The notes beneath the pieces are model-generated. The model did not search any database. It saw nothing but the letters and a program-made list of their open reading frames with translations, and had not been told where the DNA came from. 64,000 nucleotides of DNA from the human T2T-CHM13v2.0 reference genome, Homo sapiens: NCBI RefSeq assembly GCF_009914755.1, contig NC_060928.1; one strand, 5' to 3'. Position numbers and translations under genes: made by a program. Each line of letters opens with the position of its first letter. Positions within the stretch are counted from its first letter, which is position 1. Of the stretch, positions 27,376-39,125 are shown piece by piece.

Positions 27376-28448
27376 TGTAACGAAAGCATAGAGCAATCAG
27401 GCAAAAACAAATGGTGAAATAAAGCTATTTTTGAAAAATCCTTACTCTGGAGATTTCTGTAGTCCAAAAGGAATCCATGATTCCAGTGGATTGCATCCAC
27501 ATGCAGTGTTTGTGATTTTCATTTGCAGCCACACCTTAGGTGTTAAGCACAGAAAAAGATGCAAATTTGGCCTGCAAAAGAAAGAGGTTTCATACCAGTT
27601 GTTAACTTTAGATTTCTGTTTGCACATTGCATATGCCCTTATGAAAGAACAGTTCTTGTCTGTTCTGCACTCATCTTTAATTGAGAGCCTCTCCATCTCT
27701 TTTCCTTCCCTGGAACACTCTTCTTGATGTGGATAGCTTTGGCTTGTTGGGGCCTTGCTTTTTGCCAGGTTGGGTGGGCATCGAAATATACGCATGATCC
27801 CATTCAGTGCAGGCCGCACTCCTGAGAGGATATAAAGTGGTTCACTGACTGACCCACACTCACTCTGCTGCAAAGTGGAAAGGTAGGGGTTCAAACTCAA
27901 GTCCCTCCCACCTCAAAGTGCTTTAGCAGCTCTCCTACACTGCCAAGAGCCTCTGGAGGTCATTTAATTTAGAGTTTTTCCCTATTTTACCAGGATTCTA
28001 ATACTGACTTCTCCACCCTTTTGATTCTTTGATTTCTGGCATTTTCATTCATTCTTTCTTTCATTCATTCTCTTCTTACAGCTTTTGTTGCATGTACTTA
28101 CTTACATTTACAGCTTCTAGGGCAGACCCCCGAGAGCCTTGGTTACCTAGACTGAGGGCTATATCCACTACCTGACATGTCACCTTGCTCCTGTCCCTCA
28201 GGCCATCCCAGCTGACATTGTTTACCTCCTAAGTATTGAGCCTCAGAAAAAAATCCCATTGTCTCCTATTTTCTGTAAAAAACAAAAAATAAAACGTATT
28301 GAGAATACTTAGGATACATCAGGTGCTGTTTCAGTGCTGGAAGAGTGGAAATGGACACAGCATGGGAAGAAAATAGCTGTGCGTGTACCTGGTTTGTTTC
28401 AAGCCGCTATCTGGCTATTTGGAAGTTGCCATTCATTTTTCCACTGAC

Positions 28449-28750
28449 TTTTTTTTTTTTTTTTTTTTTGAGACAGAGTCTTGCTCTGCTACCCAGGCTG
28501 GAATGCGGTGGTGTGATCTTGGCTCACTGCAACCTCCACCTTCTGGGCTCAAGCATTCTCGTGCCTCAGCTTCCTGAGTACCTGGGACTATAGGCATGTG
28601 CCACCACGCTCAGCTAATTTTTGTATTTTTAGTAGAGGTGGGGTTTCGCCATGTTGGCCAGGCTGGTCTTGAACTCCTGGCCTCAAGTGATCCACCTGCC
28701 TCATCCTCCCAAAGTGCTGGGATTACATGCATGAGCCACTGTGCCCGACC
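28449..28750 (-). mobile_element. Alu (old S/J type) with TSD
   Basis: TSD tccactgactt at 28440-28450 and 28751-28761. Confidence 0.92.
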
Positions 28751-28924
28751 TCCACTGACTTAATAACTCTAGGACATAGGTATTATAATTCCTATTTTTA
28801 TAGATGAAGCTGAGCAGAGAGTAACATGCCCGGCCCCCTGTAGAAAGGCAGGGTCTGTGGGAGCCAGGGCTGTGAGGTTGGAGCTGAGGTGTTTGAGTCC
28901 AGCTGGACTTAAAAGATGACCTAA

Positions 28925-29156
28925 GATCGGCTGGCAGACATTTTCCAAAGAAGGCCAGGCAGTATATATTTTAGGCTTCACGGGTCATAACGTCACAACT
29001 ACTCACCTCTGCGACAGCTACTCACCTCAGCCTTTGCAGCACAAACAATCCATGACAGCATGTAAGGGGATGATGGGTCATGTTGCAAAAAACTTTATTT
29101 TAAAAACTGTGCAGCGTGATGGGCTTGGTCCACAGGTGGTGGTTTGCTGATCCCTG
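28925..29156 (+). mobile_element. MER58A-like hAT-Charlie element
   Basis: ggccaggcagtatatattttaggctt...tcacaactactcacctctgc...aaaactttattt...gtttgctgatccctg. Confidence 0.7.
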
Positions 29157-30084
29157 AACTAAAGGATCACAGCATGTGAGAAGGTACAGGAATGAGAGCA
29201 GAGAGCAATTCTCAGAACCTGAGGTGTTCAACATTTTGGGGGTATCGGGAGCACAAAAATTTGCATTTAGGGCCCGGGTTTTTATCAGTGGTCCTTATAG
29301 AAAGTAGATCTACCCGCATCTCTCCCCTCTTTCCCTCTGGTGTTTCTATCTGAACTTGACATCTGAGTGTTCTCTGTCAGGCTTTCTGCTTTCCCACTGC
29401 CCCCTCCCATCCAGAGGGTGCTGTAGTCTTAAGTTCTACACAGAAAGCAGACATGGGGTCCAGCATGATTCCTCTGCAGCCTTAGAGATCCCCCAGGCCC
29501 AAATCTTGGGGGTCTTCAGAGTAGATGTAATGGATGCTTCCATTGCAGATGGTGGAGCATACTGCCCTGTGTACAGATGGGGTGGGGCAGGAAGTGAGGG
29601 CATCTGGGTGGTCCTCTGTGATAGCTGTGGTTCCATTTCATTAAATGCCCTCCCTGTATAGATAGTCTCAGCCTGAGCAACTGGGACACAGCTGGATCCT
29701 GGGTGGAAGAGGTGGCCAAGGACAGGGCTCTGGAGCTCTGGCTCAATGTGGACAGGCTGAAAGCAGCCAGAGAGGGCAATTCCAAAGGTGACAGAGCCCA
29801 GGACAGAAGACCAAGGGTGTCTGAAGCCTTTGTGGCAGTGTACTTACCAAAGGACCTGTCCATTGAATAAACCATCTACATCTTCTGACCCAAGAAGAAT
29901 GGAAACTTTGGGAATAATTAGTAACAAAGGAAAGGAGGTCAGTGTTGTATTCTTGTCACAGTGGGTGCTCTGTGGCTGTGAAGTCTCAGCTCAGTTTAAG
30001 GAAGAAAAAAAGGAAGGGTGGCTGTGGGAGGCAGGGCAAATAGCCTATTTTCAGCATCCTTTAGGCTCCACTCAGAGCATGGCC

Positions 30085-30230
30085 TCAGCCCAGCATTGTC
30101 ATCATATCATGTCAGAGCTTGTTAGAAACTCAGCATCTGGGGCCACACCCGAGACCTGCTGAATCAGAATCTGCATTTCAGTGAGATCACCAGGGGATTC
30201 ACATACACACAAACAGCTGAGAAACCCTGC
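30085..30230. mobile_element. MER5A-like fragment
   Basis: gagcttgttagaaa...gacctgctgaatcagaatctgcattt...tgagaaaccctg. Confidence 0.6.
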
Positions 30231-30764
30231 TGTGGGCAACTCTGTTAGAAACACAATGAACAAAGGAGCCCCTGTTCCAGTTGAGCTTGTAGGTTAGAAA
30301 CCAGGGTTCCTGTATTCAGAAGACACACCTCAAATCAGGGGCAAAGGTGCCTCTTCTGCCTGTGGGGGAGCCGTCACTTCTTGGGCAGTTTGCACCGTGG
30401 AAAAGGAGTAGTTTTGTACGAGGACAACTGGTGCCATACCAGGAGGGTGGGGCGTGGCGGGGAGAAGTGGTTTACCACTGGCGTTGTTGAAAATTGCTCA
30501 CATGCAGTGGTAATAACAAGCAGAGGGACTTTTAGTGGGTTTGATGTTTTTTGTAATTCACTACAGATAGTGTGTGCCCCCTTGTTGCTGATACCAGGCC
30601 GACTGTTCCCACTCTCCAGCCCTTGGTATGACAATGGGACCAGCAGATTGGAGGGCAGGGGGTTAGGAAGGCGGAAGCTCTGTGGCGAGTTCTGCAAACC
30701 ATCAGGGTTCATGACTTTATTAATCAGTGTCCATGGACTGTGAAGAGAAATGCTGAGTCTACAA

Positions 30765-31450
30765 TAGCAAATGAGCCAAGAACATAAACAGACAATTCAC
30801 CGAAGAGGAGATATCTAGTAAACAAATATCTGGGAAAGTATTTGGCTTCATGTGTAATTTAAACTTATGTAACATATAATGCTTTACTCTACTAGATAAT
30901 AGAAAGACATTTCTTGATGCCAGTACCCAGCACCAAGGGTATACTGTATGCAGAACATTAGCATGTTGCTGATGGCAGTGCACATTGATTAGTGGCTGTT
31001 GGGAGACAATTTGGCGAAACATATCCCAAGCCAGTAAAATATTCATACCCTTTGACTCAGTCATCCCGTTTCTTGGAATGTATCCTCAGGAAATAATCCA
31101 AAATATGAGGGAAGCCATATGTATAAGGATATTCTCCTAGACTTGTCACTTATAATAACAGAAACTTGGAACTAGATGTCTAACACTTGATGACTGGATT
31201 AATATGATGATGGTAGGTTGAGCTGGTAGAATATCATGAAGCCAGTTATATATAGCGACATGAAAAAGCTCTTATTTGATACAATGTTAAGTAAAGGAAA
31301 AGTGGGATAGGAAATTTTATGTTGGTTATGTTTAGAACTAGAAAAACATGCTTTTAGGAAATAGGAAATATAGCTAGATATAAAAGTTGTATTTGGTGAT
31401 TTTTCTTTTATTTTTCAAGCTTCCAATAATGTAGCTCTATTGCTTCAGTA
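30765..31450 (+). mobile_element. Ancient L1 (L1ME-type) ORF2 3' fragment
   Basis: aacagacaattcaccgaagaggag...caatttggcga...cataccctttgactcag...ggaatgtatcctcaggaaataatc. Confidence 0.65.
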
Positions 31451-34150
31451 ACTTAAAATAGTTTTATCTTTTCGGCAAAACATCGAAAGTATGGAAATAG
31501 TCATTCCTACTTTGGCAAACAGAAGAGAAATTTTCTTCAGTACCAAAATTCTGGAACTTGACTGAAAACTATGAAGAACCTAAGAGCCAGGATGACAGGA
31601 AGGCTCTAGATCCCCAGTAATTACAACTCTAGTGGAATTGCTCTGAGATGGGCCAGCAAGAAAGAAGATGAGAGCCAGTCCCCCTTGCAGAGGGGCCAGG
31701 TACCTTGCAGCTTTGTGTAGTGACCAGTGCTCAGGGAACGGCTTAGGCAAGACCCTGGGGGAGGTGGGCACTGCACTTGTCCAGCCTCAGGAGTGACTCA
31801 GACCAGAAATGAAAACACCTTAAAGTGTATATATCTTGTTTTCCTATCAACACCTAGTTTTTAATATTCGTCTGTTTTATTCATCTGAGACAACATACCA
31901 AAGGATTGGGTTTTTAATGTTAGGCCTTCCTGCTCTTTCTCTGGCTGAGAACTGCTCCTGGCAGTGGATCACTTGTGCTGTCTAAGTGTGCAAGGACAGG
32001 CGCCCCTCCCAATTCTTTTCTTTCCCCAAGTAATTAGCCCAAGGGCTGAAGCCCTCGTCCAGTGACCAGGGTTCTCCTTTGACCACCAGCCTCATATTGC
32101 CATGGTTTGGGGTAAATTCAGGGGCATAACTGCAGAATGAAGGGCCTAGGAGTCTTGGCAGTCAGGAGATCATCAGGCAATTAAGCAGAGATGATTGTGA
32201 CCCAGGGTGGTTCCTAGGGATTAATGGAGGCCTGGAAGAGTTTATGGCTTTGGGTACTGCTGAGAGCCATTAACTTAACACAGAACATCAATCCGTAGGA
32301 AAAGCCAGAGGTTTTGTTCCCAGGCTTTCCAGGTTAGGAGATCACTTAAATCTTTGTGAAAGAAAAAAAGTAATAGTGTACATGACATTTATTCAGCACC
32401 ATATTTATAATTATACATGAGTGCCAAACAATCTCAGTTTTAACATTTGTGGTTTTTACTGTTCAGACTATTCAGAAGTTCCATGACGTGGCATCCATTG
32501 ATGATGGTTTTGCTGAGGTTGAAATGTGAGGGTTTTGTGGCAGGTGTGTGGAAGCAGATCCCTTAGCTAAGAGAGCGCCTGCTCAACCTGCCAGGCGTGT
32601 GCTGGGAACTTCCAGGAGTTGCCTCGTTTAATTCTCACAGCCATCCTGGGAGGTAGGCGCTGTCTGCCCCAGGTGGGAGGCCAGGAACTGTGGCTGAGAG
32701 AGGTTAAGTACCGAGCTCAAGTCATTCATAGAGTCGCCAGTGGAGCCGCAATTTTAAGGCTGACTCAAAGCCTCTGAGCCAGTTACCTCGGCTGTCAAAT
32801 GGAGATAATAATCCCTGCTGACCTCACGGTCGCTCTGAAGGACAAAAGAGAATCAGTTCAATCCAGTAAACAATTCTCTCTCTCCCTCTTACTCCCCTCG
32901 CACACATGCACACACACCCCACAGATATAATGGATTTTAGTTTTTAGGCATCAAATGACTTTTGTGCCTTATTAATATTATCCACTGAATCAAAAACAGC
33001 AAGCTGAAAAATTCATCTCAAGGAAGAGAAAATAAGATTGTTGGGAATGGTGAGAAAGGAAACATGGTTTTTGAAAATTGATTCCAGGGAAGATAGGCTA
33101 GTTTGAATGCCAGTAGGGAGCCATCAGAAGAAGTAGTTTTACACTGATTTTTAACAATATTGGAGTTGCTTAAGGCAATGCAATAGAGAGGCAGTTTCTG
33201 CCCTTTTAAAGCCTGACTTCACTTTCTGAATGTGTGTTCTGATCTAGCAGGGTTTTTTTTTTTTTTCTTTTAAGATGGTCCCAGCTTGACTGCATTCTCA
33301 GATCCATCAGATAAACGTTAGGGCTTCACTGCTGTGCTGAGAGGCCCCAGCCCCTGGGGTTCTCTCATAGAAACAACTGGAAAGAAAGGAAATGCCTTGG
33401 GCAGCAGCAGCAGCAGCTGTCTTCTGATTCTGCTTTCCGCCCTGCCTTCCTTACCAAGAGAAAGTACAGACACGGACGGCTTGAGTCACTTAGGCACTTA
33501 GGAGTTGTTTTTCACACGTGTGGTGTTTTCGTCACCATTACTATTGTGGGAAAGAAGACAACTCAGGCATCGTTTCGTATTCACTCATCTGTGTGGGTGA
33601 CATGTGGGTTTTGGCTCATTTCTGCATATTTGTGTGCAAAGGAGAGTTTTTTAGTAAACAGTCCCATTACTTAGCTGTTCTTGTAACTCTGAAAACCCAA
33701 CTGAACTATAATTAAACTTTGACTTGGTGACTCTGCAAACAGGCTATGATTCTTTTGTTTCTTTTCTCCTTTTAACCCATAGTTGATGTATCTAACCTAA
33801 CAGAATTTTCAGAGAAAAGAAGTGAAATAAGAACTAAAAATAAATTTTTATGTCTTTAAAAATGAGAGGTTTTTTTTTTTTTTTTGGCTTTTGGAAGGTG
33901 AGTATCAAAAACCTGTACTTAATGTTACCTTGGAATTATTTCTAGATGTTTCTTATATCCTTTTGTCCCAAGTAAAATTATTACCTTCTCAGTGCGTAGT
34001 TTTTCTTATTTATTACTTCTAGTACCAAGTGTAGAGCTAAGCGTAGAGGAGACGCTTCACAGGTGCGCATTGTCGTGATTGCAGACGCCTGCCTGTACTT
34101 GTGGGGTTTTTCTCAGTTTTAGTACGTGATGACTTTTCTTTCTATAACAG

Positions 34151-34324
34151 GTATTTGAAATGGACATCGCTAAACAGTTACAAGCTTATGAAGTTGAGTA
34201 CCACGTCCTTCAAGAAGAACTTATCGATTCCTCTCCTCTCAGTGACAACCAAAGAATGGATAAATTAGAGAAAACCAACAGCAGCTTACGCAAACAGAAC
34301 CTTGACCTCCTTGAACAGTTGCAG
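34151..34324 (+). CDS. TBC1D1: TBC1D1 penultimate coding exon (174 nt, phase 0-0)
   Basis: Acceptor ttctttctataacAG and donor GTAGAG at 34325. Translates [24 protein letters not shown]...[11 protein letters not shown], the start of the coiled coil. Confidence 0.96.
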
Positions 34325-36916
34325 GTAGAGCATATTTATAAAGCAGCTTCCTGAATCACAAATATATGGTAGTTCATTAACTCACCAAAGGCAACAGCAG
34401 GCTGGGCTTTCCCATGACCAGAGGACCTTTCCCACCCTGATCTGTTTATAGTTGGGATCAAAGGTATCCCGGGAGAATGGGTCCTTTTTATTATGGAGCA
34501 GACAGATTGTCCTTTGCTAAGGTCAGGCAGTCCCAGAGCTTTCTGAGAGGCTGTTTCTGCACTTAACTCTTTTAGGGGACAGGCCCAGAGATGAACTTGG
34601 ATTCAGGATGCCGTGGCCTGTTAGCTGAATGCCAGCCGTTGTCATTACTCAAAGAGAATCTAAGAGCTTTTAACTTCTATGAGCAAAACCAGCTAGGTCC
34701 ACAGAGGGATGGTAAAGGAGGAAAGTAACACAGAAATAAATATAACAAACCAGAAGAGATGATAATTCTTTGTGAGTCCTTGGTGCATATACAAAGATTT
34801 GATTAATGAAGGTCTCAGTTCTCCCCTCTAGAAACTTCCATTTCAACACGGATATACTCAGGTGAGGACATACAGAAGAAAGACCAGTTGAGACTGTGCA
34901 CGCAGGAGGGTGTGCAGAGCAAGCACTGAGGTGCAGCACGGAGACCAGAGCTGGCCAGGTCCAGCATCACCCCCACCCCCACATCACCCAGGCACACTGC
35001 CCAAAAGAACACCTAACTGCGGAGTGCAGCTCTTTTGTCAATCTGATGGCATGAAGCAACCATATGTTCTACTTTTTTCTACTTTTTTTAATGTCACAAG
35101 TGTGTAGCAGTGCTGTCCCTGTTAAGGAGTTGTTTTGAGGGTGTTTTTAAAAGTTGTTTTTGAGTGGCTGTGGATAAAAATACATATTTTTGCCGAAATT
35201 TTTATGGTGTTCCTGGGCTGTCCTGAGAATAAGTTCCATTCTGATCTAAGCCTCTGATTTTTCTTCATAGAAAGATGAGCTTTGCAGACACAAGCTTGGC
35301 AGCAAGGTGAGAAAGGCCAGCCTAGTGAGTCAAGCTATCTGAAATGCATTCCTCCCAGCGGGCATTCCATCCCAGCATACCCTATCAGATATGTGAAAGA
35401 GAGGAACCAAGACCGAATGCTATTCCTGCCCAGCCCTAATAACCACTCACATTCTGAAATTTAACTTCTTTTTTTCCCCTAAGATAGAGATGTCCTAACT
35501 GAAAATATGCCTGTATACAATTTACCCTGGAAGTCTCAGCCATCACTCAAGGGAAGTCTCCAGAGGGTGAAGAGCCTGTCTGGCCTGTAGGGGTACACAG
35601 TGTAGGTGGTCATTTTAAATGGCTTCCAAGCCAATGATAGGTCCCTGAAATATAACATGGTGGAAACTTCTAATAAAGCTCACATTTGCATTGAAGTGTT
35701 TAGCTTGTTAAGATAGGCAGTTCTCAAATAAAAGGTTTGTTTTATTGGGTAAATGACCTTGTAGTTTTTTGGTGACAGAGCATAGAAAGTAATTTCATGC
35801 TGCTCCTGTGCTATTGTTTTTGTGAAGACAGGGAGCTGTGAAAAACTGCTTAGCTACCTACATTCCTCAATAAAGGCATCAGACAGTAATTGGTGATTAC
35901 AGATGTTCTCCCTGGAATGGTCGTTCTCTTGACCAAGTAGTCCTACACTTCTGGAAGGATCATTCAGAACTGTGGTCTATGCCAACCCACCAGTAGTTCC
36001 TGAGTCCCTGCAGTGCTGAGTGCTGGGGGCCACCAAGTTGAGTAAGACACTGCAGCTCTCAAAGAGTTGGATCTAGGATTGTATTGTATCGATTTGTGGT
36101 GTTTGGATATAGTTTTTCCATGATCCCCTACGAAAATATGCCTCTCATATGTAAGAATCATGCCTCCTCCGTGTACACTTTTCAGACACTGACAAGGAAG
36201 GGTGTTCAATACAGTACTGAATTTTCATATAGCTTTTCTGGGGGGGCCAAAATACCAAAATCAACCCATTTCCTACCTTTATTCTGTCCATAAAATTGTT
36301 AGAAATATCAAAATCCCATTTCATTCCCTGTTAAATACATGTGAACGTTGTCTAGACGCTGGAGAGCAAATTCTACCACCTCTTTTGTTCAGCAGTACAT
36401 CAGACGATTGCATAGACGTGCCAGATGGAACCAAATAATAATGCACATGGATTTGTCATAATCCGTACAAGTCATTGACGCCCACACTGAGCCAGGTGCT
36501 GTGGGAGACAGGACCATGTGTGAAAGAGAAGACATGCTTGCTTCTATAAAAGCATCGGTGTTATTGAGGAGACCTGACATTAATGCAGAATAGCAAATGA
36601 CCATGCAAATTAATTCACTACTAACTAAGCTGCAGGTTGCACCTCGGAATGCAGAGGGGCTTCAAAGTGATGAGGGTAGGCCCTGAGCCAGGCCCTGATG
36701 ATGGGTGGATTTTGAGGATCAGAGAGTACAGCTTAGAGAGATACCCCAAGTGGGACCACCCCTTGCCCAGTAGGCTGACAAACTAAGGCTCTTGGTCCCT
36801 TTTTCATATTTTGGGTGTTCTAGTGGCCCAGCCAGAGCTAGACTTCGAGTCATGAATTTTCTGGCACAAGTGTTGTCACATTCAAAAAAGTATTTTCTTT
36901 GTTTGAAAAATGAAAA

Positions 36917-36986
36917 ATATATATATATGTGTGTGTGTATATATATATGTGTGTGTGTGTGTATATATGTGTGTGTGTATATATAC

Positions 36987-37036
<50 letters not shown>

Positions 37037-37048
37037 GTATATATATAC
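36917..37048. repeat. Compound (TA)n/(TG)n microsatellite, 132 bp of unbroken purine-pyrimidine alternation
   Basis: Direct reading. The tract explains the spurious YICVCV/THTH ORFs. Confidence 0.95.
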
Positions 37049-37568
37049 CATTTTTCCCACCTAAAATGGAGCATGGCAAATCTGGACTGGATTAGTGAGA
37101 TAGACCAAGTCACAGAGCACTCCAGGATGCAGCTGTGAGCTGGGGAACAGGTCAGAAAGGCCTCAGGGACATCAGCATACATGTTGGAGTTTCTGCAGTT
37201 TTCTTAGGGAACCCTTTAATGTCACTAGAGCTAACACACTTGTCACCTGGGAAGCAAGCCTGCCAGAGCAAATTAGAGAGACGAGGGACAGTTGCTAGAA
37301 AGACACACCTGGAAGTTCTATTTAACTAGCATTAATTATGTGCTAGGTGCTGAGGATGTAGACTGAGTGAGATCCTCATTCCTCCTCTGTAGGGTGGAAG
37401 AGAGGATATTGCTTGTCTCCATGGCTCGTAGTGAACAGTCAGTGAGACCAGGCACATAAACCTCTTAGCAGAACACTTGGCCTTTCTAAGGACTCCATAT
37501 GTGTTCCGGGGTAAATGCCTGTGTTTCTTGACGTAGTGATGTCTTGTTCCTCTAGACATCACTAACTT

Positions 37569-37659
37569 TACACAGTAGCTTTAGATGGCGTGGACGTGAA
37601 TAAATGCAACTTAGGTTTTCTTGTTGGTTTCTTTTTGAGTATCATTGTGTTTGTAAAGA
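37569..37659 (+). repeat. 91-bp direct repeat A, copy 1 (last intron)
   Basis: Ungapped alignment to 38644-38734 with 4 mismatches, offset 1075. Confidence 0.95.
37599..37604 (+). terminator. Candidate intronic poly(A) signal inside the duplicated 91-bp module
   Basis: AATAAA plus a U/GU-rich downstream tract, 87/91 identical to the module around the proximal 3' UTR signal. Usage is not demonstrated. Confidence 0.35.
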
Positions 37660-37769
37660 ATTTCAGATTAGAGGATTGTTACCACGTGGGCCTTCAGGAG
37701 GAAACTGTTTTGAGTTTTTGTCAGCCCGAAATCGATTTGTGCGTTTAAGTATATGTGCTCATCAAAACA

Positions 37770-38060
37770 GGCCAGGCTCTGCTGCAGTAACAAACTTACA
37801 AGTCTCCGAGGCTTGGCACAACGGAAGTCTTTGTGTCACTGACGCCCACTTCAGCTTTGTGTTGCTGAAGCATTCTTTGGCCCTATCCGAGCTGTCCCTC
37901 TGGTGGTGGTGCCTGGGGGTTTGGGTTCCCTCTGTGTTGTGATCCACCATCTCAGCATCGGCTTCCACAGCAGCCATAGCAGGAGAAGAAAATGCTGGGG
38001 GCTCTCAGGGTGCTTTTAAGGGCCTGGCCACCGACCTGCAAGGGGTGCGAGTTGCCTTCC
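37770..38060 (-). mobile_element. Possible old MaLR LTR fragment (MLT1K/L-like)
   Basis: aggctctgctgcagtaacaaac...ggcttggcacaac...tccaccatctc. Heavily diverged. Confidence 0.4.
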
Positions 38061-38209
38061 TGTGTGGCCAGAACTGATGATAAACTGTAGACTCATCCCT
38101 GCTGAAACTCGGCTCCAGAGTGCTCCCAAGGCTGGACAGCGTGTGGGCACTGGATCCCACCTGTGTTAGCACTGGCAATTGTATTCTCATTTCTTCTTTT
38201 ATTCTCCAG

Positions 38210-38410
38210 GTGGCAAATGGTAGGATCCAAAGCCTTGAGGCCACCATTGAGAAGCTCCTGAGCAGTGAGAGCAAGCTGAAGCAGGCCATGCTTACCTTAG
38301 AACTGGAGCGGTCGGCCCTGCTGCAGACGGTGGAGGAGCTGCGGCGGCGGAGCGCAGAGCCCAGCGACCGGGAGCCTGAGTGCACGCAGCCCGAGCCCAC
38401 GGGCGACTGA
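38210..38410 (+). CDS. TBC1D1: TBC1D1 last exon, coding part (66 aa + TGA)
   Basis: Acceptor ttcttttattctccAG. Translates VANGRIQSLEATIEKLL...RRRSAEPSDREPECTQPEPTGD*, matching the TBC1D1 C-terminus as I recall it. Phase is compatible with the previous exon. Confidence 0.96.
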   Translation: MANGRIQSLEATIEKLLSSESKLKQAMLTLELERSALLQTVEELRRRSAEPSDREPECTQPEPTGD

Positions 38411-38643
38411 CAGCTCTGCAGGAGAGATTGCAACACCATCCCACACTGTCCAGGCCTTAACTGAGAGGGACAGAAGACGCTGGAAGGAGAGAAGGAAGCG
38501 GGAAGTGTGCTTCTCAGGGAGGAAACCGGCTTGCCAGCAAGTAGATTCTTACGAACTCCAACTTGCAATTCAGGGGGCATGTCCCAGTGTTTTTTTTGTT
38601 GTTTTTAGATACTAAATCGTCCCTTCTCCAGTCCTGATTACTG

Positions 38644-38734
38644 TACACAGTAGCTTTAGATGGCGTGGACGTGAATAAATGCAACTTATGTTTTCTTGTT
38701 GGTTCCTTTTTGAGTGTCACTGTGTTTGTAAAGA
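38644..38734 (+). repeat. 91-bp direct repeat A, copy 2 (3' UTR)
   Basis: tacacagtagctttagatggcgtggacgtgaataaatgcaactta...gtttgtaaaga, shared with 37569-37659. Confidence 0.95.
38674..38679 (+). terminator. Proximal poly(A) signal AATAAA
   Basis: TGTA upstream at 38642, and a U/GU-rich tract downstream (tgttttcttgttggtt...tgtgtttgt). Confidence 0.65.
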
Positions 38735-38939
38735 GCATTCACAATACGGTGGAATTTCAAAAGCTGGAAGAGCTCGAGATCATGCCTCAGGCAAAGGCGT
38801 GGGTCCATCGTTCTTCCGAGAGGGTTTGTGTGGCGACTACACCCTCAGCGTCCCTGGCAAGGTGCAGTTGGCTCTCGCCCATTCTTGTTATGGAAACCTA
38901 AGATGATCATTGGGAAGATCAGTGATCTTGGGTCATTGA

Positions 38940-39084
38940 TCCCTGGCTCAGAGGATAGCGGTTTCCATCATAAACCAAGATGATGAGTTCAGCCTTTATC
39001 CCTCGTGGTTCCACTAGATGTAACTTAAAGGAGTTAACATTTGAGGACTTTGTTCTACATCAGATTTTACTATTTGAATGTTTA
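38940..39084 (+). repeat. 145-bp direct repeat B, copy 1 (3' UTR)
   Basis: Ungapped alignment to 40002-40146 with 5 mismatches, offset 1062. Confidence 0.95.
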
Positions 39085-39115
39085 AGATCACTTTATTGAA
39101 TTTGAAGATCATCAA

Positions 39116-39125
39116 ATTAAATAAA
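39116..39125 (+). terminator. Middle poly(A) signal (overlapping ATTAAA/AATAAA)
   Basis: attaaataaa followed by AU-rich sequence (atttattta 39129-39137). Confidence 0.5.

Noticed and set aside
34149-34156. AG|GT at exon starts (also 4052 and 38210) as recursive splice sites
   Set aside because: The sequences after GT (GTATTT, GTGTGC, GTGGCA) are poor 5' splice-site matches and are explained by the codons.
36719-37182. Cluster of HT/YI/CV-rich ORFs
   Set aside because: Translations of the (TA)n/(TG)n microsatellite.
38005-38580. 191-aa minus-strand ORF overlapping the last exon
   Set aside because: Antisense shadow of a GC-rich coding exon, with a non-ATG start and no recognisable domain.
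38951-39084. SECIS or box C/D snoRNA reading of repeat B (AAA loop, ATGATGA)
   Set aside because: There is no AUGA/GA quartet at the right distance 5' of the loop, no CTGA box D within the module, and the location is exonic. Nothing suggests recoding of the terminal TGA.
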